Sequence record: ON529855.1
Strand: one strand, 5' to 3'
Length of the DNA stretch: 64,000 bases
The translations under genes were made by a program, and so were the position numbers. This document shows positions 9,017 to 19,624 of the stretch, one piece after another; the first letter of the stretch is position 1, and the number at the start of each line of letters is the position of its first letter. The notes beneath the pieces are model-generated. The model saw nothing but the letters and a program-made list of their open reading frames with translations, did not search any database and was not told the DNA's origin.

Positions 9017-9646
9017 TCAAGCAACCTGACGATGATCGTCGTGAATCCTGTCATCCGCCAGCAGGTCCGCCAAGGGGCGCTCCGGGATATAGGTCAGCGA
9101 CGAGGGCGTCGCCCGCACGATCTCGATTCCCCTGGTCTGGAGCGCGGCGATCAGGGGCGGATAGAGGGGACCAAAGGCCTTGGTGTAGTTGGACTCCTTG
9201 GTCGGCACGGGATGACCGGCGTGCCAGTGCGACGCCGTCCCGCCCTGGAACCCCATGTCGTAGCCCAGGAGGACGATCCGGGCGACGCCCAGGTGCAGGC
9301 ACAGGTTCAGCGCCATATAGCCGCTGTCGTGTCCGGCGACATGGTCGGGATTGGTCGAAAGCGCCGGGCCGCCGGCCTCGAAGCGCATGTCGCGGTAGAG
9401 GCGTTCGACGCGCTGGTCCACGGTCGGGGACGGGGTGATAATGCGCCCGGAGAAATGCGCCGGCACGCGATCGCGATGCCAGTCCCACCAGCGGGCGTCG
9501 GCGAAGAACAGGATGTCGGGCTCGGGGACGATCTGATAGGCGTTGTTGAGCGCGATCGTGCGCCGGTCGCGCAGGCCGCTCAGGTCCATGCCCTTCAACG
9601 AAGGGCCGCCGCCAATGATGTATGCCGTCTCGCCGCGCCAGTGCAT
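9017..9646 (-). CDS. Maf/MptE-like (DUF115-type) nucleotide-sugar or diphosphate transferase
   Basis: YIIGGGPSL, IALNNAY, ILFFAD, DSGYMALNLCLHLGVARIVLLGYDM. Confidence 0.65.
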   Translation of the reverse strand: MHWRGETAYIIGGGPSLKGMDLSGLRDRRTIALNNAYQIVPEPDILFFADARWWDWHRDRVPAHFSGRIITPSPTVDQRVERLYRDMRFEAGGPALSTNPDHVAGHDSGYMALNLCLHLGVARIVLLGYDMGFQGGTASHWHAGHPVPTKESNYTKAFGPLYPPLIAALQTRGIEIVRATPSSLTYIPERPLADLLADDRIHDDHRQVA

Positions 9647-9728
9647 GGGTCCCCTCTGTCAACGATCGCCGTCCCGACCCGTTTAGAGGTCTGGACGGCG
9701 ATGTCAATGGGGACGGCAGTGAACGCCG

Positions 9729-10823
9729 TTACTGGGTGACCTTCCAGCCGAACTCGGCGGCGTCGACGTCGGCACGGGTCCAAGCCCCGCCGCCGGGTTT
9801 GGTGGCGAACGTATCCTGACTGAAACGGTAGTTCGCCGTCAGATCAAGAAGGACGTTCTGGGCAAGGCCTTCCTCCTCCACCCCGGCAAGCCGTGACAGG
9901 GTCTTGAACTGACGCGGGGACATGCCCTGCGACTGGGCCGCCGTCGTCACCACGACACCGTGAATCGTCGTGGGGGTCGTCGTCATATTGCTGTAGGCGT
10001 AGGTGTCCTTGTTCCCGACAGTGTCGATCGCCGTATAGGTGGTTTGTCCGTCGGACGCGATGTCATCCACCGCCTGCCACGCCGTGCCGGTATTCGGCGT
10101 CGACTGGGTGGTGGCGCCGGGGCCATTCGGCCGCTGGGTGTCGATGATGAGATCACCCAGAAAGCCGTTCATCGTCGATCCTCCGGACGACAGCACAAGG
10201 ATGTCATCGCCGCGATGGGTATTGGTGAAGTGGTAGGCAATCGCCTCGATCTGTCGCGACCCCGCTGCAAAGAGGTCGCCGGTGAACGAGATTTCGGTCA
10301 CGCCATTCACGCGAACCTCGGCGGTCGCGCCGGCATCGTCGATGTTGGCGACGCGAATCTCGATCCGCTTCCACTCACCCGCCACCATGGGGTTCGTGCC
10401 GGTCGCCAACAGCGTGCCGTTCAGCAACAGTTCCAGGCGACCGCTGGTGTTATAGGACACCGTGATCCAGGTTGACGTCGACGTCGTCGACGACCAGGGC
10501 GTCTGGGTGTTCTGTGAGACCGGCGGCAGGAAGTTGACCAGGGTCAGCAGAAGGCGTCGTGCGATAGGCGCGGAGATGTAATAGATCGAGGCCGAATAGA
10601 TCACAGCATCCTGCCCCAGCGCCGCCAGGGGTCGCGGCAACTGTTTGGCGCAGAGGGTGGTGACGTTACCGCCGCCGCCATTGGTGAGGGCCGTGCCGCC
10701 CGCTCGGCCCAGGGTCGTGCTGACATTGGCGTAGGTGGTGGACGTATCCACGGTGTCCCACCGTTGATTGAGGTGAGTGATCGTGGTGATCGTGTCGAGG
10801 CCGTCGCAGAATTCAACAGACAT
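9729..10823 (-). CDS. virion protein, lectin/ConA-like tail-fibre-associated
   Basis: Thr-rich beta-strand pattern; follows the tail fibre genes. Confidence 0.6.
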   Translation of the reverse strand: MSVEFCDGLDTITTITHLNQRWDTVDTSTTYANVSTTLGRAGGTALTNGGGGNVTTLCAKQLPRPLAALGQDAVIYSASIYYISAPIARRLLLTLVNFLPPVSQNTQTPWSSTTSTSTWITVSYNTSGRLELLLNGTLLATGTNPMVAGEWKRIEIRVANIDDAGATAEVRVNGVTEISFTGDLFAAGSRQIEAIAYHFTNTHRGDDILVLSSGGSTMNGFLGDLIIDTQRPNGPGATTQSTPNTGTAWQAVDDIASDGQTTYTAIDTVGNKDTYAYSNMTTTPTTIHGVVVTTAAQSQGMSPRQFKTLSRLAGVEEEGLAQNVLLDLTANYRFSQDTFATKPGGGAWTRADVDAAEFGWKVTQ

Positions 10824-10825
10824 GA

Positions 10826-11926
10826 TTAGGCGACCGACCGGATGATTTCGAGAGTTTGCATGGTAGTCCGCACGGGGGCTGAGGGGAGTACGAGGAGGGT
10901 TTCAAGGGTCTGCATGGTGGTCCGCACGGGGGCTGCGCCACGGTGGTTGACCACTTCCACCGTCTGCATGGTGTTTCGCACGGGTTTGCGATCCGAAGGA
11001 TAGGCATGGACGATCACATAGCCTGGGCCGCCGCGCGCGCCGTTGCCGTTGCTGCCGCCGGCGCCGCCTCCGCCTACCGCGCCGGGATAGTCCGTGTCGC
11101 TGGTCCCCGACGGCGAAGCGCCTGTGCCACCGCCGGCCGTGCCGTCCGCAAGCCGAAGCGATTCCCAGCGCGGGAAATAGGCCGATCCGCCGCCGCCTAG
11201 CACGATCTGGGTATTGGTGGTGAAGTTGGCCGCGCCGCCGCCATAGTAGCCCCCACCGCCGCCGCCGCCGCCCCTTGTGAACGTCTCCGACTGCACCGTG
11301 AAGCGATTGCCCGTTTTCCAGGCGCGGCCGCCGCGCAGGTAGCCGCCTTGAGATTCCGGGTTATTAGGGACCGAGGCGAGATCGCCCCGTCCACCCGTCG
11401 TCTGAGACCCACCGAGCGCGTTGTAGACCGTCAAATACTCAGAGCCGGCCACCAGTCCACCGCCGCGACCGGTCGCGCCCAGACCGCTGTATCCGCCGCC
11501 GCCGCCACCACCCGCCACGGCCCGCAACACACCATTGATGTAGACGCGCGACGAACCGCCGCCGCCGCCGCCGGCGTAAACGTTGGTGCCGGCGGCGCCG
11601 TCGCCCCCGTCCGGCCAGCCTCCGGCTCCGCCTTCACGCGGCGTCTGCAAACCGGGTCCGCCTGAACCGCCGACCTGGATGAGGACCACGTCACCCGGAA
11701 CGACTGGAAGGCTGATGGCGGTGAAGCCGCAGCCGCCGCCAGCGTTGAAGGACCCGCCGCCGCCGCCGCCGCCCCATAGCTTCAACCCCAACAGGTCGCA
11801 TCCCGCCGGAACGACGCGGGTGAGGTTGATCCCCGTGTAGGGATAGGCGTTGAGCCCCAGGGTCAGAGGCTCGCCCGCAGAGGCGCCGGACCGACGTGCG
11901 GCGGCGTAAAAACCGGGGATGATCAT
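10826..11926 (-). CDS. Gly-rich tail-fibre-associated protein with three C-terminal PVRxTMQT repeats
   Basis: LKLWGGGGGG...DGWPDGG...GGGGYYGGG module; PVRNTMQTVE, PVRTTMQTLE, PVRTTMQTLE. Confidence 0.75.
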   Translation of the reverse strand: MIIPGFYAAARRSGASAGEPLTLGLNAYPYTGINLTRVVPAGCDLLGLKLWGGGGGGGSFNAGGGCGFTAISLPVVPGDVVLIQVGGSGGPGLQTPREGGAGGWPDGGDGAAGTNVYAGGGGGGSSRVYINGVLRAVAGGGGGGGYSGLGATGRGGGLVAGSEYLTVYNALGGSQTTGGRGDLASVPNNPESQGGYLRGGRAWKTGNRFTVQSETFTRGGGGGGGGYYGGGAANFTTNTQIVLGGGGSAYFPRWESLRLADGTAGGGTGASPSGTSDTDYPGAVGGGGAGGSNGNGARGGPGYVIVHAYPSDRKPVRNTMQTVEVVNHRGAAPVRTTMQTLETLLVLPSAPVRTTMQTLEIIRSVA

Positions 11927-14900
11927 CAGACCGACCCCAGGTCGCCGAACAGGGTCCAGACATCGGTATCGGTCTTCAACAGAGACGCGACAGAATGCTT
12001 CTTGCGCAGGTCGGTCGTCACATCGTCAGGATACTCCAGCGTCACCCCGGAGCCAGCCAGGACGGTCACCGTGCCGTCGCCCGCACGTTGCAGGGACACA
12101 GAGGCTCCGATCGGGAAGGCCACGGCGCTGTTGGGCGGCACCGTCACGACGCTCGGCGAGGCCGAGTCGATCTTGCGGTGACCTTGACGATCCGCCAAGG
12201 TCAGGGTGTAGCTGGTGGTTGCGCTGACCGCGATCGTCAGCAAGTCCTGCCGCTGCGGCGCCTGGGACTCCCACATGCCGTTCTTGAACGTCAGCAGGTG
12301 GCCGTCGGCGGGCGTCATCCCCGTCTTGACGTTCGTCAACTCGGACAGCGCCAGGCCAGGATTGTAACGCGCCCAGTCCCCGGCGCCCGCCGCGCTCAGC
12401 ATGATCGCGGCGTAGCCCGCATGAGTCGGCGAGGTGAACGTGGCGTCCGGAGAGATCGCCGTGTTCGGCGCGACCACGGCGCTGGCGGTCGCATAGCTGC
12501 GGTTGGCGCTGGCCGAGGGCAGGCTGCCTTGAGCCAACTGGGTCCAGGGGGCGTCAGCCGTCGCCGCCGTGGTGGACTCTCGGCCGACGTACAGGGACAA
12601 GGCCAGGGCCGAAGCGGCGCCGCTGGTCATGGCGGCGCCCGTCCAGGACGGCGCGCTGGTGTAGGTGGGATCGCTGGCCCACGACACCGCGACAATACCG
12701 TCGATGCCGCTCGTCAATCCCGCGATCTCATAGACGGCAAGGGCGCCGGCGGCGATCACCGAGGGGGACGAAGCCGTCACGAACGGCGACAACGAAGCCG
12801 TGTCGCCCGACACCTGTCGATAGGCGATGGCGGGGCGGATGCGATCCCCGGTAGCGGGCGCGCCCGGCAGCATGGTCCAGCCCGTGTTGGCCGTCGGGGT
12901 CGTCTGGTCGCTCATCAAGGCGATCAGCCAGTTCCCTGCTTGAGGCGTGGCCGGCAGGGTGACGGACGGCACGAAGGCGGTCGCCGTGGAGTAGACCCCG
13001 ATCAAGGCCTGCTGGACGATCTCCGGCGCGGCGAGCGGGACACCCTGTTGATAGATTTTCCCCGTGCTCTCGTCGACATAGAGAGAGGAGGCCGGCTTGG
13101 CCGCCGTCGGGACCCCGGACCCCGAGCCGATTTGCGCCTGGTCCAGGAACAGACGTGCGTCACGCGACGGTTCGGACGTCCATTCGCCGTCCCGGTAGGT
13201 CAGCACCTCGCCTTGAGCCGGCGCGCCCAGGTTGACGTCCGTCAGTTCGCCCAGGGCCGGCACGCCGCCCGACGAGGCGGGCAGGTTATGGGCGCCCCAG
13301 ACCCCATCCTTATAGGTCAGGACCTGATCGGCGAGCGGCGCCGAGGCGAAGTCGACGTCGGTCAATTCATCCAGAACGACGGGCAGGGCGCGCCATTCAT
13401 CGCCCGTTCCCGGCGTTTCAGTCGTCCCCTCCAGCAGGCAGAGGTAGAGCACGCCATCGTGATAGACGGTGTCTCCCGACAGGTAGGGACGGGTCGAAAA
13501 GACGGTGTTGCAGCGAATATAACTGATCCGCACGTCGTCCGAACCGCCGACGAAGTTGCCGTCTTTCGAGTAGCGCAGCCGGATGGCGTGCGTGCCCGGC
13601 GACAACGTCGTCGTGAAGGTCTTGAACGGGTTCGCCGGTCCGCCGTCAGACAGCACCTGAGTGCCGTCAACGAAGACACGGAAGACGTCGGACGCCGTGC
13701 TCTCGCTTTGCACCCGATAGCGGATCACGAGATCGGGATGCGCGGCATCCGCCTCGACCGTGAAGGTGAACTCCGTCGCCCCATTGTGCGGAATGACCGG
13801 AGACTTCAGGACCTTGGTGTAGGGCGCGTCCTCCTGAGCGACGACCGCCCAGCCTGCCGAGTAGGCGTTGGCGAACAACGCCGGGGGCGTGGCCTCGAAA
13901 TCGTAGGTTACATAGTCGGAGGCGACGCCGAACTCGCCGCGATGCTGCGGCACCGAAGAGCCGCCGAAGGGCAGGAACTCCAGCCCCTGACCATCTTCGC
14001 GCACGCCGACGACCTTGCCGCCGTGCCCCGTATAGGTGTCCGGGGTGTCGATCAGGCGGTTGAACGCAATACGGTCGGTCGATCCGATGTTGAAGGTGGT
14101 GACGGCCGCCCAGCCGTTCGCCGTTCCGCCTGAGTAGGCGGTGGTCCAGGTCGTCCCGTCGTCGGAATACTGCACATCCCACGAAATCGCCCCCGTCCGC
14201 GTGCTCGACGTCGTCATGGCGACGTAGCCGATCTCGACCGGCTCGACGAAGTCATAGCGCAGCCATGATCCCTCGCTGGCGTTGAAGGTCGACTGCCAGG
14301 CGGTCGCGGGGTCGGCGTCGAAAGCCTTGTCGGCGGACCACGTACTGCCTCGGGACGAACTGGCGGACGCCGTTCCGCCCGTCGCCAACTGCGGGCCGCC
14401 CGCGACCTTGGTCATCACCACATCGCGCACGGTGATGTAGTCCGCCACCGCCGTGTGATAGAGGATGCGCCAGCGCGCGTGTGCGCCGAAAGACAGCATG
14501 GGCTTGATGCCGACCGGGGCCGCCTTCCAGGCGCCGCCTTGATAGGTCAGGACGTGTTCCGGCGGGGTGCCCGTGACGGTCAAATCGACGTCGGTAAGAT
14601 CGTCCAGTTGCTGCACCGGAGACACATATTCCAAGGCCGTGCCGGTGGCGTTGACCCGAACGGCCTTGCCCGGCTGAGCGCTCATAGGGCCAGGGCCGTC
14701 GCCCAGTCGAGCGAACAGTTCCGTCGACAGAGACGGCGCGAGTTCAAGAACCGCGCCGGCGGTCCACGGCGGTTGCACCGTCGTCCAGGCGGTCGTCCAG
14801 GTCGTGCCGTTGTCGTCCGAATACTGGACGGCGATCGTCGTCGGGGTCGTTCTCGCCGTATGCGGGGTCAGTGTCACATGACCCACGGCCACTGGCGCGG

Positions 14901-17900
14901 CGAAGGCGTAGCGCAGCCAGGAGCCTTCGTTCGCGCCCGAACCGTTCTGCCAGTAGGTCGCCGGATTGTTGTCGAAGGCGTTGGCCGCGTTGTTGCTCAG
15001 CCACGTCGTGGACGCAGTCGCCGTTCCGCCGACCGCCAACTGCGGACCCCCGATCGCGGCGCACATCACGACTTCGCGGGCCGTGATGAACTGACCGGCG
15101 GTCGTGGCGTAATAGACCAGGCGCCAGTCCTTGTGCGCGCCGTAGGTGGGCTTGGACGATTCGGAGGTCCAGGCCCCCCCGCGATACGTCAACCGGTCGC
15201 CCGCTTGCGGGGCTCCAGCAGAGAAATCGACGTCGTCCAGTTGCGCGAGGTTCTGTGCGCCGCCTTCCCCCTCAGTGAGGAAGCGTTTCCAGGTCGGCTC
15301 CAGGTTTTCACCGTAGAGATGCTCGGCGTCGAAGTAGATCACCGCATAGGCCCACAACGGAGACCCTGCGCCCAGGGACGCCGTCAGGGTGGCGTCGCTG
15401 CTCGGCGTGAACGCGCCCGCCCCCGCGACCGCCATCGCTTGAGCGGCGTCGCTGTCCGTGACCGTCGTCAGCCCGTATTCTCCCGAAAGGGAGCCGGCGG
15501 TCGTCCCGCCCTTCTCGAACAGGGCGCCGATGGCGAAGGTATAGGGGCTCGTCGCGGGGGCCGTATAGGCGGCGGCGGAGAAGGCGCCCGAGGCGGACCC
15601 TGCCATGAAGGCCGTCTGATAGAAGTCCCCCCAGGCGGCGCCCAGGCCGGACACCTCATGCACCGCGAAGGCGTCTTCGGGGCTGGCGGCGGCCGTGATC
15701 GGCAGCGGATGGGCCTCCGATCCGTCGATCTTCCGATAGGCGACCGTAACGTTGATGTCGGTCCCCGGCGCCGAATCAACGACCGTCCAGATCGAATCCA
15801 GCGTCACCGGACCAGCGGTGCCCGCCGCATAGAACAGGACCAGCCAGTTGTCGGTCTGGATTTGTTCGTAGTTCCAGGTCAACGGTCCCGCGTTGGGCGA
15901 GACAAAGCCCCAGGACTGTTCGAACTTGGGGGCCAGGCGCGGCGTGGCGCGCGACACGTAAAGGTCGCCGGGGTCGTGACGCATGTAGAGCGAACCGGAG
16001 GCTTCGCCCCAGTCCGGCGCCCCGGAGCCCGATTCAATCCGACGGCCATCATAGATATAGATGGGGTATTCGCCGCCGGGACCCGTGCCGCCGTCCGGCG
16101 TGCGGGCCTCCCAGTAACCGCTGCCCTCAACCCCGGTGTCGATCCAGGTCAAGACCTGGCCGTTGGAGGGATAGGGCGGCTGGCGCACGTCATCCAGCAT
16201 GCTCAGGCGCATCCGGCGCGAGCGCCACACGCCACCGACGTCGGGAACGTTGACGTAGGTCAGCACCTCGCCGAACACCGGCGAAGGCTCCGTCAGATCG
16301 ACATCGTCGAGGTCGTTCAGGGTCAGCGGGACCGCCGTGGGATTCTCCGCCTGCCAGACGCCGTCCTTGAAGGTCAGCAGTTGTCCCGCCGTCGGCGGCG
16401 TGTCGAACTCGACGTCCGTCAGGTCATTGAGGACCTGCGGCACCGTCGGCGGCGTGACGAACTCCAGTCCGCTGGCGTCGGCCTTGACCTGAACCTGCTT
16501 GCCGCCCTGGCCCACATAGGTGTCGGGGGTGTCGGCATCGTCAAGGAAGCTGGTGGTCAGTCCGGGCCGCGTATAGACTCGGGTCTGCGACGCCGTCCAG
16601 CCGGTCTGATTCGTCGCACCCCAGGCCTCGAACCACGACGCACCGTCGTCGGAATACTGGACCCGGAAGACTTCAGGCGAGTAGTTGGGCGCCCAGCCGG
16701 CGACGGACGAGGCGGTGAGGGTGATTTCCTGAAGCGAGACCGGAGCCGCGAAGTGATAACCGATCCAGGCGTCCGGCAGATAGGCGGTCCAGATGTCGCC
16801 GGTCGTGCCGTCGAAGGCGCCGTTGGTGTTGCCGCCCGTGCCGATCGCCGTCCCGCCGGTCGCCATCTGAGGCCCGCCCGGCACGCCGCGCATCACCACT
16901 TCGGCCACGACGACGGTGGTCGTGCCGGGGTAGGCGGCGGTGTCGTCCACCACCACGCGCCAGTAGGCGTGTCGACCGTAATCGCCCGGCGACGCCAGTG
17001 GCACCCATTTGCCGGCCCGACGGCCCAAGAGGTCTCCGTCTTGCTGTCCGGTGGTGTCGGCGTCCGTCAGGTCGTTCAGCGCCAGTTCGGTGTCGCCCGT
17101 CGCATCCTTGGCCGACCACTCCCCGTCGGTGTAGGTCAACACCTGGCCGTTGACCGGAGCCGGGTTCATGTTGACGTCGGAGAGTTCGCCCAGGGTCGAG
17201 GCCGGCGGCGTGAAGGGGACGTATTCCAGCTTGGTGCCGTCTTCGTTGACGCGCACGATCTTGCCGGCGTGGCTCGTCATGGCCCCCGGCGAATCCGAAA
17301 GCTGGGCGAACGAAAGCTTCGCCCGCGTCGGCACGGTCTCCATCACCTCCGCCGCCGTCCAGCCGAAGGAGCGTTCTTCGCTCCAGGCGGTGATCCAGGT
17401 CACCCCGGCGTCATCCGAGAACTGGACGTCCCAGGAGACCGGCAGTTGGCGCAGGGACGCCGGCGTCAGCGTGATCGCGTTGACTTCGACAGGATCAATG
17501 AAGGTGTATCGCAGCCAGGCCTTGTCGGCGGCGACAGCGGGCGCGCGCCAGTAGGTGGCGGGGTCGGCGTCGAAGGCCTTGTCAGCCGCCCAGTCGGGCA
17601 TGGTCTCGGCGTTGGAGGTCGGAATGCCGCCTTCCGCCAGTTGCGGCAGGCCCGCGCCAGCGCGCATGACCACTTCAGTGATTTCCATCACCTGGTCGGT
17701 CGAGGTCCGGAAGTAGAGCCGCCAGTCGCGGTGCTCGCCGAAGCGGAGGCCCTCGCCCGCGATGGGCTGGGCCGGGGCGTAAATCCAGGAGCCGTCCCAG
17801 TAGGTCAGCAGATCGCCGTTCAGCGGCGTTCCGGCCGAGAAGTCGACGTCGGTCAGATCATCCAGGGATTGCGGGATCGCGGCGGCCACCGAGGGCTGCG

Positions 17901-19590
17901 GCGTCCAGAACCCACCCTTGTAGGTCAGGACATAGTCCTCGGTCGGCGCCGGGGTCTCGTAGAGGACGTCCGTCAACTCTTCGAGGCGAGTCGCACCGCC
18001 GCCGGTCGCCGGCACAGGCTCCGAGCCCCAGACGCCGTCCCGATAGGTCAGCACCTCGCCCGGTGCCGGATCGACGATGGTGACGTCGGTCAGTTGGTCG
18101 AGGGTGGTCGCGCCGCCGCCGCCGCCCGAGGGGGCGGGCACGAAGATCAGTCCCGTGCCCGCCGGGTTGACGGCGACGAACTTGTTCTGGGCGTTCTGGT
18201 AATTGGCGGGAGTGTCGGTCAGACCGATAAAGGCGACGTCCACCGCGTTGAGGACGTATTCGAAGCCATCCTCGTTGCCGTTGACGCGAACGAAGCGTCC
18301 TCCGGCGCCGGCCATGGAGGCGACGCCGACCATTTCGGTGATCGAGGGCCGCACATACTCCAGCGCCGTGCCGTTGGCGTTGACGCGCAGATAGCGCAGG
18401 GCGGACGCCGCCGCCATGGCGCCGGGACCGTCCGAGAGGTCCGCCAACTTCAGGCGACCGAAAACCATGCCGCTCTGGGCCGAGTTGACCCGCAGCACCA
18501 TGCCCGCCGCGTCCGTGTAGACGTTGGGGGTGTCCGAGAGTTCAGTCAGACGCAGGGAGCCGAAGATCAGTCGGTCTTCATCCGGACCGACGCGCGCCAT
18601 TCTGCCGGCCTGGCCCGTGAAGCTGTTCGGCGTATCCAACAGTTCGGTGAAATTGACGGGGCCGCCGGTCCCCGGCGCATACTCCCAGCCCGTGCCGGCG
18701 GCGTTGACGCGCAGATAGGTGAGGGCGTCGCCGAAGTCGGGGGCGCCGGGTCCGTCCGTCAGATCAGCGACCTTCGGCATGCCGAACTGGACGCCGTTGT
18801 TGGTCGCGTTGACCTGGAGGTATTTTCCAGCCTGGCCGGCATAGGAGTTCGGGAAGTCCGAGTTCTCGCGCAGGTAGGGCGTGGCGTAGGTCAGGCCCGT
18901 GCCGTTGGCGTTGACCACGACGTGCCGGTTCGCGGCGCCGGTGTAGCTGTTGGGGGTGTCGTCCAGGTCGACGAACGAGTTGACGTTGGCGGCCGAGGAG
19001 ACGAACTCCAGGCGCGTACCGGCGGCGTTGACCGCCACCAGGCTGCCCGCGTTGCCCGCGAGCGTGCTCGGCGTGTCCGTCAACTGGGCGAACGACATCG
19101 CCAGCGTCCACGGATTCCAGGTATTGGTGGCGGCGCTGTAGCGCAGCAGTTGGCCGTCAGTCGGCAGGCCCGAGACGTCCGACAGATCGCGCAGCAGTCC
19201 CATGCCCGAAATCGGGTCCGGCACCACGAACCGCACATCGGTGCCATCCGACACCACCAGGCCGATCCGGTTGGCGGGCAGTTCCGCCGACAGGCCGGTT
19301 CCGGCGACCTTGACCACTACCGAGGCCGTGCCCTGGTTTTCGATGGCGAACCAGCGCGGCGTCGCCGGAACCGTCACCGTCCGCGCCGCCGTATGTCCGG
19401 CGAACTGAAGCAGGAAATACTTGGTGAACTGATCGGTATTGAGGGTGACGTCGCCCGCCGCCAACGACACCGACAGCGTATCGTTCATCGCCGCTTCGAG
19501 AATGGCGATCGCGGTGTTGATCGTCGCCTCCTTCTGCTCCTGGTTGGCGGCGACCTGGGGCAGGTGGAGAATCGGGGTGTAGTCGGTCAT
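11926..19590 (-). CDS. giant tail fibre protein (2554 aa): DUF2793-like N-terminus, LxxLxDV repeats, four F5/8-type-C-like domains
   Basis: Repeated L.[DE]L.DV spacers; four H..WR-initiated domains with AFD...T.W and VQYSDDG..W. Confidence 0.9.
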   Translation of the reverse strand: MTDYTPILHLPQVAANQEQKEATINTAIAILEAAMNDTLSVSLAAGDVTLNTDQFTKYFLLQFAGHTAARTVTVPATPRWFAIENQGTASVVVKVAGTGLSAELPANRIGLVVSDGTDVRFVVPDPISGMGLLRDLSDVSGLPTDGQLLRYSAATNTWNPWTLAMSFAQLTDTPSTLAGNAGSLVAVNAAGTRLEFVSSAANVNSFVDLDDTPNSYTGAANRHVVVNANGTGLTYATPYLRENSDFPNSYAGQAGKYLQVNATNNGVQFGMPKVADLTDGPGAPDFGDALTYLRVNAAGTGWEYAPGTGGPVNFTELLDTPNSFTGQAGRMARVGPDEDRLIFGSLRLTELSDTPNVYTDAAGMVLRVNSAQSGMVFGRLKLADLSDGPGAMAAASALRYLRVNANGTALEYVRPSITEMVGVASMAGAGGRFVRVNGNEDGFEYVLNAVDVAFIGLTDTPANYQNAQNKFVAVNPAGTGLIFVPAPSGGGGGATTLDQLTDVTIVDPAPGEVLTYRDGVWGSEPVPATGGGATRLEELTDVLYETPAPTEDYVLTYKGGFWTPQPSVAAAIPQSLDDLTDVDFSAGTPLNGDLLTYWDGSWIYAPAQPIAGEGLRFGEHRDWRLYFRTSTDQVMEITEVVMRAGAGLPQLAEGGIPTSNAETMPDWAADKAFDADPATYWRAPAVAADKAWLRYTFIDPVEVNAITLTPASLRQLPVSWDVQFSDDAGVTWITAWSEERSFGWTAAEVMETVPTRAKLSFAQLSDSPGAMTSHAGKIVRVNEDGTKLEYVPFTPPASTLGELSDVNMNPAPVNGQVLTYTDGEWSAKDATGDTELALNDLTDADTTGQQDGDLLGRRAGKWVPLASPGDYGRHAYWRVVVDDTAAYPGTTTVVVAEVVMRGVPGGPQMATGGTAIGTGGNTNGAFDGTTGDIWTAYLPDAWIGYHFAAPVSLQEITLTASSVAGWAPNYSPEVFRVQYSDDGASWFEAWGATNQTGWTASQTRVYTRPGLTTSFLDDADTPDTYVGQGGKQVQVKADASGLEFVTPPTVPQVLNDLTDVEFDTPPTAGQLLTFKDGVWQAENPTAVPLTLNDLDDVDLTEPSPVFGEVLTYVNVPDVGGVWRSRRMRLSMLDDVRQPPYPSNGQVLTWIDTGVEGSGYWEARTPDGGTGPGGEYPIYIYDGRRIESGSGAPDWGEASGSLYMRHDPGDLYVSRATPRLAPKFEQSWGFVSPNAGPLTWNYEQIQTDNWLVLFYAAGTAGPVTLDSIWTVVDSAPGTDINVTVAYRKIDGSEAHPLPITAAASPEDAFAVHEVSGLGAAWGDFYQTAFMAGSASGAFSAAAYTAPATSPYTFAIGALFEKGGTTAGSLSGEYGLTTVTDSDAAQAMAVAGAGAFTPSSDATLTASLGAGSPLWAYAVIYFDAEHLYGENLEPTWKRFLTEGEGGAQNLAQLDDVDFSAGAPQAGDRLTYRGGAWTSESSKPTYGAHKDWRLVYYATTAGQFITAREVVMCAAIGGPQLAVGGTATASTTWLSNNAANAFDNNPATYWQNGSGANEGSWLRYAFAAPVAVGHVTLTPHTARTTPTTIAVQYSDDNGTTWTTAWTTVQPPWTAGAVLELAPSLSTELFARLGDGPGPMSAQPGKAVRVNATGTALEYVSPVQQLDDLTDVDLTVTGTPPEHVLTYQGGAWKAAPVGIKPMLSFGAHARWRILYHTAVADYITVRDVVMTKVAGGPQLATGGTASASSSRGSTWSADKAFDADPATAWQSTFNASEGSWLRYDFVEPVEIGYVAMTTSSTRTGAISWDVQYSDDGTTWTTAYSGGTANGWAAVTTFNIGSTDRIAFNRLIDTPDTYTGHGGKVVGVREDGQGLEFLPFGGSSVPQHRGEFGVASDYVTYDFEATPPALFANAYSAGWAVVAQEDAPYTKVLKSPVIPHNGATEFTFTVEADAAHPDLVIRYRVQSESTASDVFRVFVDGTQVLSDGGPANPFKTFTTTLSPGTHAIRLRYSKDGNFVGGSDDVRISYIRCNTVFSTRPYLSGDTVYHDGVLYLCLLEGTTETPGTGDEWRALPVVLDELTDVDFASAPLADQVLTYKDGVWGAHNLPASSGGVPALGELTDVNLGAPAQGEVLTYRDGEWTSEPSRDARLFLDQAQIGSGSGVPTAAKPASSLYVDESTGKIYQQGVPLAAPEIVQQALIGVYSTATAFVPSVTLPATPQAGNWLIALMSDQTTPTANTGWTMLPGAPATGDRIRPAIAYRQVSGDTASLSPFVTASSPSVIAAGALAVYEIAGLTSGIDGIVAVSWASDPTYTSAPSWTGAAMTSGAASALALSLYVGRESTTAATADAPWTQLAQGSLPSASANRSYATASAVVAPNTAISPDATFTSPTHAGYAAIMLSAAGAGDWARYNPGLALSELTNVKTGMTPADGHLLTFKNGMWESQAPQRQDLLTIAVSATTSYTLTLADRQGHRKIDSASPSVVTVPPNSAVAFPIGASVSLQRAGDGTVTVLAGSGVTLEYPDDVTTDLRKKHSVASLLKTDTDVWTLFGDLGSV

Positions 19591-19624
19591 TGAGGCGTCG
19601 CCGGTGAGCAGGCTGGAAGAGGGG

